From an uncultured Lentisphaerales bacterium (GTDB taxonomy: Bacteria > Verrucomicrobiota > Lentisphaeria > JABSQK01 > UBA12247): a stretch of 42,335 nucleotides of DNA. Shown here one piece after another: positions 19,393 to 28,491 of this stretch. The translations under genes and the position numbers were made by a program. The notes beneath the pieces are model-generated. The model worked only from the letters and a program-made list of their open reading frames with translations. It did not search any database and was not told the origin of the DNA. The stretch's first letter is position 1, and each line of letters starts with the position of its first letter. Where the stretch lies: contig CALSSJ010000039.1 of NCBI GenBank assembly GCA_943788985.1, forward strand, positions 1-42,335, written 5' to 3'.

Positions 19393-19429
19393 GAGCGACT
19401 GTCCAGCTTCGCGAAACTGAGAGAAAAAG

Positions 19430-19475
19430 ATCGACTCGAGTCGATTGCTATCGATGTGAGTCGACTCGAGTCGAT
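19430..19475. repeat. Two copies of the palindrome (A)TCGACTCGAGTCGA(T)
   Basis: 19430-19445 (16 bp perfect) and 19461-19474 (14 bp); third copy at 38286-38301. Confidence 0.8.
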
Positions 19476-19531
19476 TTTTTTCTGGCCCTTTTTGCCCGGC
19501 TTGGATGGGCCAAGATACCTTGGCTACCAGC

Positions 19532-21625
19532 TCAGTCTTGCTTGGCGGATTCCTGCATCTGGCGCAGGCGTTTTGCCAGCAACGCATAGTCGTCACCAGC
19601 CATGACGGCGAGCCGTACGGCGATGGTTTGGTGGCGGACGGCCTCCTCAGGTTTTCCCGCCCGGAGGTAGGCCTCGGCAAGCGTGTCGCGAATTGCGGCG
19701 TTGTTTGGCGCTAGCTCCACGGCTCGAGTCGCGGTCGCGACTGCCTCTTCAACATTTCGATTGCAGTTTGCCATGAACCACGCGGCATCGTTGCGGACAA
19801 AGGCGCTATCTGGGAGCGCATCGAGCTGCTCTTGGAGGGGGCTGTGCCTGGCCTTGTAGAGGCTGTCTGCGGCCTTGGTCGCGCCAGCTGCCTCGAGGCG
19901 CGTGACTGCTTCGATAACCAGATCCACGGACGGATTCAGCGCCATCATCTTGCGGTACTCTGACTCAGCCTTGGCGGGATCACCGGCGGCCAGTTCGGCG
20001 GCTGCCTGAAAGCGATGCATCTCGCCGAGTAACTGGGCGTAGACGGTGTGGTGCTCGTTGCGACTTGGCGAGATCAGCAGGTAGGTCTTGATGTTCCTGG
20101 CAGCCGTGCGGAAAGCCTGCGCACTGGCACTCGGTGTGGGCGGGTGGGACAGCACACCCGAGTAGAGCCAAGCGCTAAGCTTGGAGGCGGTGCGCGCGAG
20201 TTCCATTTGCTTCTCAGCCAGCCGTGGCAGGTCGAGCGAGTGCAGGGGCTTGCCGAGGGCCACGCGCTCATTGCTGTCCGCGAGTGGCAGCAGATTGGCG
20301 ATTTCGAGATGCTGCTCTCGTTCCGGTTCGCCTGTGTCAAAGGTGACCGCGTAGATCGCGTGCAGGCTGGCATCCTGTGGGGCCGCGTCGAGTGCGGTCT
20401 TGAGCAACGCGCGGCTGCAATGGTATGCTCCCAGTCATCGTCCAAGGAGCTCCAGAGGGCTTCCGGTTTCTGCAGAATCACCAAATTCGAATTCAGTAAC
20501 TGCTTCAGCGTGTCATCCATCTCCATACTCGCCGCCGCGTCAATGACGGCCAGCTGCTGGTTGAGGTCCGCGCGCGTCAGGTTTTGGGCCCATTTGTCCC
20601 AGATTGCTCTTGCTGCCTCAGAACGCCCGTGCCGCGACAGCAGCAAGAGTCGGTTATACTCGTGTCCCGTCCATTCACCTTCGGACAGGTCGAGTGCCTC
20701 GACAACGCGCCCCTGGTGGAGCAGCAGCGCGTAGGCGTCATGATACTGATGAGTGGCCAGATACCCCTCTAAAGCCTCGTCAAACTGGCCAGTTGCGACC
20801 AATTGCCACAGATCGGGCGCCGCGTCTGGCCACTCGCCTGATTGCAGGTAGCTAACCAGTTCCTGGGTGTGCGGGCGGCCTTTCTTGCTAGCCTGAGACC
20901 AGTCGCCTAATTCCAAGGCCAGCCCGGCATGTAGCTGCTCACTTTCATCCTTGGCTAGCTTCAGCGCCTCGTCGGTTCGCCCGATTGCTCGGTACAGATA
21001 GACCAGCGGGGCGTGGGCATCCGGCGCGTGCTTTTCGAAACAGGCGATGCCATCAGCGACGCGATTCTGCGCGGCCAGCCAGGCGGCGTAGCCATCGGCG
21101 CCCCGGTCGTACTTGGCGCACTCCCGTAGGATCATCTCGAGGATGTGCTCCTGATCGCTCAGTACGGCGGCTGCCATACTTGCACGGAGGTCGCTGACGC
21201 GGACTGCTCGCAAGACTCCGGCTAGGTGGGCCTTGCCCGTCGCCCGGATGAAGCGCCCGGCAGCTGCGAACTCACCATCCTGCAAGGCCCTGCGTACCAT
21301 GGAGCGCTTGCCTTCGGCATGGATCGCCCGATAGCGGGCGAGTTCCGCTGCTACTTCTGGCGGCGTATCTGGCATGATGCCATCCCGCAATTGCTGCAGG
21401 ATATACGCTGCGCGATAGACGATCTCCGGGTCGTCGGAGCTGAGCACCGCCCCGAGCAGCGGTCTGGCGTCCTCTCCGTCCTCTTAAAGGATGCGTTAGG
21501 CGGCCTTGCGCTCCAAGAAAGTGGCTGCCCCGAGACGCTCCATTGTCGCCTTTAAGCTTCTCTCGACCGCGGTTGCGGAGTTCGCAAAAAGCGTTGCAAA
21601 GATCGCAAGAATCAGACCCTTATTA
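19532..21625 (-). pseudogene. Disrupted secreted HEAT/TPR-repeat protein
   Basis: Signal-like 'KGLILAIFATLFANSATA' lacks a clear start. In-frame TAA at 21496-21498 and 21484-21486; frameshift near 20410. TPR C-terminus 'NDAAW..A...RN...A...A.RAVEL.P......DTLAEAY'. Confidence 0.75.
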
Positions 21626-21628
21626 TGG

Positions 21629-23503
21629 TTATGCCGCACCTCGTGCCTCCCGATATAACTCCGCGCGTTTGCGTTTGACCAACTGGTCGATGTCGTAGTC
21701 CGTGAGGTTGGCCTTTGCGCCCATGTTCTTCAGCATCTGGCGTTCCGCGCGATCCACATGGCCGTCTGCCAGGCACATGGCCAGCATGGTGTCAATCAGC
21801 TCGCGGGCACTCTCGGGAGAGTCTGCGGCCATGCTTGCGCCGTCACCTTTGTTGACTGAGTCGATGATGTCCGCCAGTTCGCTCGGCGGGATGCCGCGTG
21901 TTCTGGCAAAACGGTTGAGCTGCATCTCTTCGCGATCGTCGACGTGTCCGTCCGCGTACATCACGGTGATGGCGCAGGCGATCACTTCTTTGTCTGCCAG
22001 CGTGGCCCTGCCGGTGTACTCGCGGGGGACAGAAGAGACCACGTGGCGTTGATGCCGCGAGTGAAGCCTATTATGGATGCTATCCAGTACCCAGCTGTAG
22101 CGGCCGGTATTCAGCGGCGTCCCACAGAAATCGCAGGTGGGGTTCTTGGAGGCTGTGTCTGGGGCTCCGCAGCCGGGACAATGGCAGCTGGCCAGCAGGT
22201 TATGCTTTACGGACTGCGCCTCGGCAGACCGTTTCAGTACCAGCGTGTGGCGGTAGGAGCGGGTTGGAGCGGCCGGGTGATTCTCCCGGCTCGCGGACCA
22301 ATGCACCATGACCTCGGCAAAATCGAAGGCGCCCTCGCGGCGGACTGTCTGGATTTCCACAGCCCCGATCGCAACTCCGGACAACCAGGTGTCTCGACCT
22401 TGGTTATCAGTCTTCATACCATGCTGCTTTGCGGCGACGAAGGACTCGCTAGCACAGCGCCCCAGCTTTTTCTGGTTTCCGGTCGTCTCGGCGGCAATCA
22501 GCCGCCAGAAAGTGGCAGATGCGCGATCCTCGACATGCTGCGTGTTGAAGTCTGCATCGCGGCTGCGCAGCTCGCTGACGCCCGGCAGATCGGCGACTGC
22601 TCGGTCCACATCCCAGACGACTTCCTGCGTAATCTCGGTCAGCACCCAGTCATACTCGCCGGCGTTCAGCACGGATCCGCAGAATGTGCAGGTGGCTGCA
22701 TCGACGGCTTTGATGGCCCCGCCGCAGTTTGGGCAGTTCCCTTCGAGCAGGCCCGGGGTGTCGCGGGTCTTGGCTCCGGGCTTTCTGAGAAAGCTCCAGT
22801 ATTCGATAAACGAGTGCGGCGTTCGCTTGTTGCCGTGGATCAGCCTGTCGTTGTGCGTGTCCACCGTGTAGTCGATTGCGGTCGCGCGAATCGCGACATG
22901 CAGCGCGTCGAACTGGCCATCGCTGGTCACGGCCACCACGTCCACGTCATCCACCTGGACGCCGCTCATGTGGTTGCGCTGATGCGCAGCCCGCAACAGC
23001 TCTAGCTGGACGTTGAACCGCTCGTATACGCCGTCGGACATACACGGCCGGACCGACTCGATGTTCCCGCCCGCCCAGGCGCGCTGGATCCGCTCGAAGC
23101 CATCTTGGACTCGCCTTTTGAAGGCGTTGAGTTCGAAAGTCGTATCCCGTTCCTGCAAGGCTGCGAGGTTCGCATCCCGCTGGGCATGGTGTCGTTGCAG
23201 ATTGTGATTGCGAATCGTGGTTTCGATTCTGTGCTGTCCCTGATACTTCAGGTAGCCGACGATCAGGACCACGATCAGCACGGGCACACCGATGGCTGGA
23301 TAGCGCACTACTAGATAAATTAAATAGGCAATGTCCACGCCCGACGAGCCGTCGCCACCGATCGTGGTGCCGCTCGACCAGCCGCCGCCTCCGCCAGAGA
23401 AACGTTGCCCATCGCCTGCGCGAGCCCAGGCTTCCAAACTTAAGAACAGTAGGGCTGCGCCGGCTAGGAACAGCCGACGATGCCAGTGGCGCCAATCACT
23501 CAC
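21629..23503 (-). CDS. Membrane protein with two Tim44-like domains, two Zn-ribbons and a C-terminal TerB-like region
   Basis: GTG start with AGGAAAGG RBS; signal peptide, Gly-rich 'RAGDG..FSGGGGG', TM; 'F..IQ.AW', 'FIEYWSF.R'; CPNCGG..CTFC and CPGCGA..CDFC; two 'ADGHVD..E' TerB motifs. Confidence 0.8.
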   Translation of the reverse strand: MSDWRHWHRRLFLAGAALLFLSLEAWARAGDGQRFSGGGGGWSSGTTIGGDGSSGVDIAYLIYLVVRYPAIGVPVLIVVLIVGYLKYQGQHRIETTIRNHNLQRHHAQRDANLAALQERDTTFELNAFKRRVQDGFERIQRAWAGGNIESVRPCMSDGVYERFNVQLELLRAAHQRNHMSGVQVDDVDVVAVTSDGQFDALHVAIRATAIDYTVDTHNDRLIHGNKRTPHSFIEYWSFLRKPGAKTRDTPGLLEGNCPNCGGAIKAVDAATCTFCGSVLNAGEYDWVLTEITQEVVWDVDRAVADLPGVSELRSRDADFNTQHVEDRASATFWRLIAAETTGNQKKLGRCASESFVAAKQHGMKTDNQGRDTWLSGVAIGAVEIQTVRREGAFDFAEVMVHWSASRENHPAAPTRSYRHTLVLKRSAEAQSVKHNLLASCHCPGCGAPDTASKNPTCDFCGTPLNTGRYSWVLDSIHNRLHSRHQRHVVSSVPREYTGRATLADKEVIACAITVMYADGHVDDREEMQLNRFARTRGIPPSELADIIDSVNKGDGASMAADSPESARELIDTMLAMCLADGHVDRAERQMLKNMGAKANLTDYDIDQLVKRKRAELYREARGAA

Positions 23504-23582
23504 TTGAAGTACCTTTCCTGTAATTCCGCAACGACGGCGATCTGCTGTCGCGCTTATGCCATAACTATGGAGGAGCCCCGTC

Positions 23583-23855
23583 ATGCCGCAAGCCGTTGTC
23601 AATCCCGAAGAGTTAGAGCGCTTTTCCCAGCAACTCCAGCATTTTTCTGATCGGCTGAAGCAACAGACCGCGATCCTCAACGCGGGATTTTCGCAGCTTG
23701 GCTCCACATGGCGCGATCAGGAGCACCAGAAGTTTGCGCACGAGTACCAGCAGACCATGCAGGTGATCAACAAGTTCATTGACACCACCGACGCCCATGT
23801 GCCCTTTCTGCTGCGCAAGGCCAAGCGCGTGCGCGACTATCTTAATCAGGCCTGA
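23583..23855 (+). CDS. WXG100 family (type VII secretion target-like) protein
   Basis: 90 aa, 'A.V.PEELERF...L..F', central W-x-D (TWRD), helical C-terminus 'L..KA.....YL'; GGAGG RBS. Confidence 0.85.
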   Translation: MPQAVVNPEELERFSQQLQHFSDRLKQQTAILNAGFSQLGSTWRDQEHQKFAHEYQQTMQVINKFIDTTDAHVPFLLRKAKRVRDYLNQA

Positions 23856-24712
23856 TGGCTAAGGAAGGCGCTGACGTTCGCAATGTGGCTGAGCTTGAAC
23901 TGCTGTATCTGCGACTGGGGCAGTTCATGCCGGACGTTTCCTCCGTGCATGATAGTGTCGAGCAGGAACTTCTCCAAGTCCGCGGGCTGTTGGACCAACA
24001 TCGTCGCAAGTGGTTGGCGCGGACGCAGCGGTTACGCGATCAACTGGCCGAGGCTCAGCTGGCCGAAGCGCGCGTGCGCCGGACTCAAACACGGCAGGAT
24101 CAGGCGCAAGCGGCGCCCCACACCAGCGCGATCCAGCGCCAAGTCATTGCCGCGGAGAAGCAGATCCGGGCGACCGTCGCTCGCGAGCGCATGCTCGATG
24201 AGGTTGCCGCTCGTTATCGGGCCAAGGCCCACGGCCTAATCCTGCGTGGCAACGACTTAGTGCCGCGTGCCCGGCTTTTTCTTAACAAGTCACTGCATCA
24301 GCTGCGCGGCTACCTCGCGGACGGGGAAGATCGTGCGGAGGGCGCGGTGCTGCCACCGGTGCGCAGCCTGCTTTGGCGGCAGTCTTGCGCCGCGATGTTG
24401 CGCGTAGCTGGTTCCGTCGAGGTGCCTGCCGGCGCGCGCGTGATTGTCTCTGCCTTTGGGTTGCGGACTGAGCCCACCGCTGCGGCGCTCGCCGCTGCCT
24501 ACGTGACCCGATTTAGCCAGCGGCTGCGGGACAAGCCCGGGGCGAATCGCGAGACCATCGCCCTGGTACCAAGCGACCACCTTGAGAACGTACGCAAGGC
24601 CTGGAGAGCAGCTGGCGGAAACATTTCTGCGGTTCAATCGCTGGCGCTCACCGTGGCCGAAGTGCGGGAGCTCACCCGTCTCTACCGCGGGTCGACGGAG
24701 CGAAATTCATGA
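23855..24712 (+). CDS. Hypothetical protein, coiled-coil N-terminus (WXG100 partner-like) plus unknown C-terminal domain
   Basis: TGATG coupling to the WXG100 gene; 'ADVRNVAEL..L...L..F'; helical region ending 'L......L..YL'. Confidence 0.65.
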   Translation: MAKEGADVRNVAELELLYLRLGQFMPDVSSVHDSVEQELLQVRGLLDQHRRKWLARTQRLRDQLAEAQLAEARVRRTQTRQDQAQAAPHTSAIQRQVIAAEKQIRATVARERMLDEVAARYRAKAHGLILRGNDLVPRARLFLNKSLHQLRGYLADGEDRAEGAVLPPVRSLLWRQSCAAMLRVAGSVEVPAGARVIVSAFGLRTEPTAAALAAAYVTRFSQRLRDKPGANRETIALVPSDHLENVRKAWRAAGGNISAVQSLALTVAEVRELTRLYRGSTERNS

Positions 24713-25644
24713 ACGAGTTGCCCAAAGAATTTGTGGCCCGGCTAAGGCAAATCGTGCCGGATGAGTACCAAGCTGCGGTGTTCGCACACATGAGCGAGGC
24801 GCAGCCTGCGTGCTTTCGGGTCAACACGCTGCTTGCCGAGAGGGAGTCGGTGTTTTGCGAACTCCGCAATCTGGGATTGGAGCCAGAGCCGATTGACGGC
24901 GCGCCGGGTTTTGCGGTCCCCGCTGAGAGTCGTCGCATCCTGACGGATGCAGAAGCAGCTCGCGAAGGGCGGATCTACATTCAGTCGCCTTCGAGCATGC
25001 TGCCGGCACCTGCGCTGGACGCCCAGCCCGGGGAGACGATTCTGGATCTCGCAGCAGCGCCAGGCGGCAAGACCTTGCACCTGGCGGCGTTGATGAACAA
25101 CGAAGGGATGCTCTCGGCAGTGGAAGCAATCAAGGGCCGATTTCACCATCTGCGGGCAAATCTGACGCGTTGCGGAGTGAGCAACTGTAAGACCTATCTG
25201 ATGGATGGGCGTAGTGTCGGGCGCAAGTGCCTGGAGCGCTTCGATCGCATCCTGCTGGACGCGCCGTGCTCGAGCGAAGCGCGGATTCGCGCGGATGACC
25301 CGACTAGCTGGAAGCACTGGAAGCCGCGCAAGGTTCGCGCCTGTGCGCACAAGCAGATTGGACTGATTCGCGCGGCCTGGCAGGCGCTAAAGCCAGGCGG
25401 GACCCTGATGTATTGCACCTGTTCCTTTGCGCCAGAGGAAAACGAGGCAGTGGTTCAGGCTCTGCTTGAGCGCGAGGAGAATCTTTCGGTGCTGGAGATT
25501 CCGGGGCTGCCAGACGCAGCGCTGCCCGGTTTAGCGGAATGGAACGGGAAGCGCTTTGCGGAGAGCCTGGCCCGGACCCGGCGTGTGATTCCGGGGCCGC
25601 TCTGGGATGGATTTTATCTGGCATTGCTGCACAAGGAGCTTTGA
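24709..25644 (+). CDS. RsmB/NOP (RsmF-like) RNA cytosine-C5 methyltransferase
   Basis: FRVNTL, YIQSPSSM, LDLAAAPGGKT, DAPCS, YCTCS..PEENE. Confidence 0.9.
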   Translation: MNELPKEFVARLRQIVPDEYQAAVFAHMSEAQPACFRVNTLLAERESVFCELRNLGLEPEPIDGAPGFAVPAESRRILTDAEAAREGRIYIQSPSSMLPAPALDAQPGETILDLAAAPGGKTLHLAALMNNEGMLSAVEAIKGRFHHLRANLTRCGVSNCKTYLMDGRSVGRKCLERFDRILLDAPCSSEARIRADDPTSWKHWKPRKVRACAHKQIGLIRAAWQALKPGGTLMYCTCSFAPEENEAVVQALLEREENLSVLEIPGLPDAALPGLAEWNGKRFAESLARTRRVIPGPLWDGFYLALLHKEL

Positions 25645-27038
25645 TGAGTCAGCCAAATATTCTCTTTATCATGACGGATCAGCAGCGCTGGGACGCGATG
25701 AGTTGCTCGGGAAGCGACTGGTTGCGAACTCCGCACATGGACTGGATCGCGGCCGAAGGTGTGCGCTTCACGAACTGCGTGACGACATCGCCGGTGTGTA
25801 TCCCAGCGCGGGTGACGTTGGCCTCAGGGCAGTACCCACATACCACCGGGGTCTGGAACAATTGCACCTATACGCTCGCTCCGGAAACGCCTACTTGGAT
25901 GGCGGCGATTCGCGACGCTGGCTATCGCACCAGCTTATTCGGCAAGACCCACCTGCATCCTCACGGAAGCGATGATTTGCGGGATCAGGAGCATTTGCTC
26001 CACGCGTATGGGCTGGATGATGTGGACGAAATTGGCGGCCCGCGCGCCAGTGCCCGCGTCGGCAGCTATATGACCGACCTGTGGCAAAAAAAGGGACAGT
26101 GGCAGGCCTATCAGGAAGACTACGCAGACCGCTTCGCGACCAAGCCGTACGTGGTGCGGCCTTCGGCGCTGCCGCTCGAGGATTACGCGGATTGCTACGT
26201 GGGGCGGCGCGCGGCGGAGTATCTGGCGGCGTATGATCGGGAGCAGCCGTGGTTCTGCTGGGTGAGTTTTGGCGGGCCGCACGAGCCGTGGGATACGCCG
26301 GAGCCATACGCCAGTCGCTATCGGCCAGAGGATATGCCGGTGCCTGCCAGGCGGTTTGCGGACTCTGCAACCCGGCCGTCGGGCGGGATCGACGCGGCGT
26401 TTTCCAGGGGCGGCGCGGTGGCGCGCTCGGCCGAGGATATGGCTGCCTGCCGAGCGGACTACGCAGGGAATGTGAGCCTGATCGATGATCAGATCGGACA
26501 GTTGCTGGCCACGGTGGAGGCGAGAGGCGAGTTGGACAATACGGTGATCCTGTTCACCAGCGACCACGGCGAGCTGAACGGAGACCACGGGCTGATCTAT
26601 AAGGGGAACTTTCTGGACGGCGCGGTCCGGGTGCCGCTGTTGCTGCGGGTGCCAGGGGAGGCGGGTGGCACTGTCTGCACCAGCCCGGTGGAACTGGTGG
26701 ATGTGGGGCCGACACTGGTGGAGCTCGCAGGCGGGGCGTTGCGAACTTCGCAAGAGGGCGTCTCGCTCACGCCCGCGGTGGCAGACCCGGCAGCGCAGAT
26801 TCGGGAGTACGCGATCTCAGAGCTGGATCACGAGGTCATGATTTTGACGGAGCGCTGGAAGCTGGCAGTGAATACTCAGGGGGCACCGTATTTGCTGTTC
26901 GACCGGGTGGCCGATCCTGAAGAGAGTCGCAACCTCGCGGGAAACGCGGAGTACGCAAAAGTTGCGAATGAGTTACTTCAGTTTTTGAAGCCGATGATGA
27001 TCATGCCGGTCTTATCTCTGCGCCCCGCAATGCCTTGA
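25644..27038 (+). CDS. Formylglycine-dependent sulfatase (choline-sulfatase-like)
   Basis: PNILFIMTDQQR, CIPAR (CxPxR), GKTHL, PHEP, TSDHG, VRVPL. Confidence 0.92.
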   Translation: MSQPNILFIMTDQQRWDAMSCSGSDWLRTPHMDWIAAEGVRFTNCVTTSPVCIPARVTLASGQYPHTTGVWNNCTYTLAPETPTWMAAIRDAGYRTSLFGKTHLHPHGSDDLRDQEHLLHAYGLDDVDEIGGPRASARVGSYMTDLWQKKGQWQAYQEDYADRFATKPYVVRPSALPLEDYADCYVGRRAAEYLAAYDREQPWFCWVSFGGPHEPWDTPEPYASRYRPEDMPVPARRFADSATRPSGGIDAAFSRGGAVARSAEDMAACRADYAGNVSLIDDQIGQLLATVEARGELDNTVILFTSDHGELNGDHGLIYKGNFLDGAVRVPLLLRVPGEAGGTVCTSPVELVDVGPTLVELAGGALRTSQEGVSLTPAVADPAAQIREYAISELDHEVMILTERWKLAVNTQGAPYLLFDRVADPEESRNLAGNAEYAKVANELLQFLKPMMIMPVLSLRPAMP

Positions 27039-28309
27039 TTCGCGTAGAGCCCTGCCTGCAGGGTGTGGCTTCCGAGGTCAAAGGTCCGATAAAGTTGGAC
27101 GTCGATGGTCTGTTCGTCGTTGGTCAGGTTATGCTCGAAGCCGAAGCCCGCGAAAAGGCTGCTGCGCTTGCCGAACTGCTTGATGTACCACGGGCCAGCG
27201 CGCACGAGGGTTTCCTTTTCCTCGCGAAACTCGTGGTCCACGGTGATGTCTAGCCAGGCCCCAGGCGCGGCCGGAGGATAGTACTCCATTTTGAACGAGG
27301 CTAAGCGGTAGTCTTCGGAGCTAAAGGGAAGCAGGCCGCCCTGGATTTCCTGGTCATACTCGATGTCCGCAAGCGATGCGCGCAATTCGAAATCACCAAG
27401 CCGCCGCCCAAGTGAGACCAAGTTTCGATCGCGCAGCTCAAGGGTCTCGCCGAAGAAATGCGCCGTGAGCAGACTGTCGCGCTCACTGATTAGGCGGACT
27501 TCCCAGTCGTTCAGCTTGTAGCGGAATCGCAGGTCCCAGCCGAATTGGTCGCCGAAATCTGAATTGGGCCCGCCGTCGAGGTCGAGCTGATGCGTACCAA
27601 TCGCTGCGTAGGCGCGCCAGGATTTGGTGCGTTTGCGCAGGTAGACGCCAACCTCGGTGAAATCTGCGTAATGCTCGCGAAAAAGAAGGGGCTCATTGTC
27701 TGCCTGGCTGGACCCGTCTTCGACCCAACCGCCGAGATGCCAGTCGTCAGCGACAGGGGTTTCAAGACGCAGTTTGAGCTTCTGGCTGCTATCCGTATCG
27801 AAGCCGCTACCGGTGTCGTGCTGAGTATTTAGTAGCACGTATCGAATCTCGTATTTGATCGGGGCCTGTGGCCTGAGGCTCGAGAGCTTGGGCGGCTTCA
27901 GACCCGCCTTCCTGAAGCTGAGCAGGATGACTTGCTGCGATTGATCATCCCAGCTGAGCTGGGGCAGGCTCTGGACGACCTCGACTACCTCCTGATAGGC
28001 CGCATCTTTAAACAGGAGTCCGATCAGGGTAGTGGCATGAAAGGTGTACTCGGGCTCCTGAATTAGGTCGCGTAGCAAACTGATGGCCTGCTGCTCTTCG
28101 CCCTGCTTGAGCAGCATGTAGGCAGCCTTCTCGAGGGCAGGGCCGCGTTCTTCCGGAAAGCCGATCAACTCAGCGAGCGCATCAAGCGCGGCATCGTTGT
28201 CACCGATGTCTATGGCAAGTTGGAGATCGGTCCACAACATATCGGCCAATGGATTGGCCAACGCCAGATTTGTCGCCAAGAGCAGCACACATACACGCAC
28301 TCTTTGCAC
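26978..28309 (-). CDS. Exported protein, N-terminal TPR-like helices plus putative beta-barrel
   Basis: Signal peptide; helical repeats; alternating aromatic/polar strands ending 'GMIIIGFKN'. Confidence 0.6.
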   Translation of the reverse strand: MQRVRVCVLLLATNLALANPLADMLWTDLQLAIDIGDNDAALDALAELIGFPEERGPALEKAAYMLLKQGEEQQAISLLRDLIQEPEYTFHATTLIGLLFKDAAYQEVVEVVQSLPQLSWDDQSQQVILLSFRKAGLKPPKLSSLRPQAPIKYEIRYVLLNTQHDTGSGFDTDSSQKLKLRLETPVADDWHLGGWVEDGSSQADNEPLLFREHYADFTEVGVYLRKRTKSWRAYAAIGTHQLDLDGGPNSDFGDQFGWDLRFRYKLNDWEVRLISERDSLLTAHFFGETLELRDRNLVSLGRRLGDFELRASLADIEYDQEIQGGLLPFSSEDYRLASFKMEYYPPAAPGAWLDITVDHEFREEKETLVRAGPWYIKQFGKRSSLFAGFGFEHNLTNDEQTIDVQLYRTFDLGSHTLQAGLYANQGIAGRRDKTGMIIIGFKN

Positions 28310-28491
28310 CTTCAGTAACCCCTTCTTCCTCTTTGGTTGGACCTTGTGAGAAAACGAACTGTCAAAACGCTGTTAACTGACAGACTGCACGGCAACTCAC
28401 CCCGCACCTTGAAATCGCGTCGTTTCTTCCTATCGTTCCCGGCTCGACTCTTGCCGCCGTGTTGCGCTTCCTTATGATCAGAGGCTTTGTT

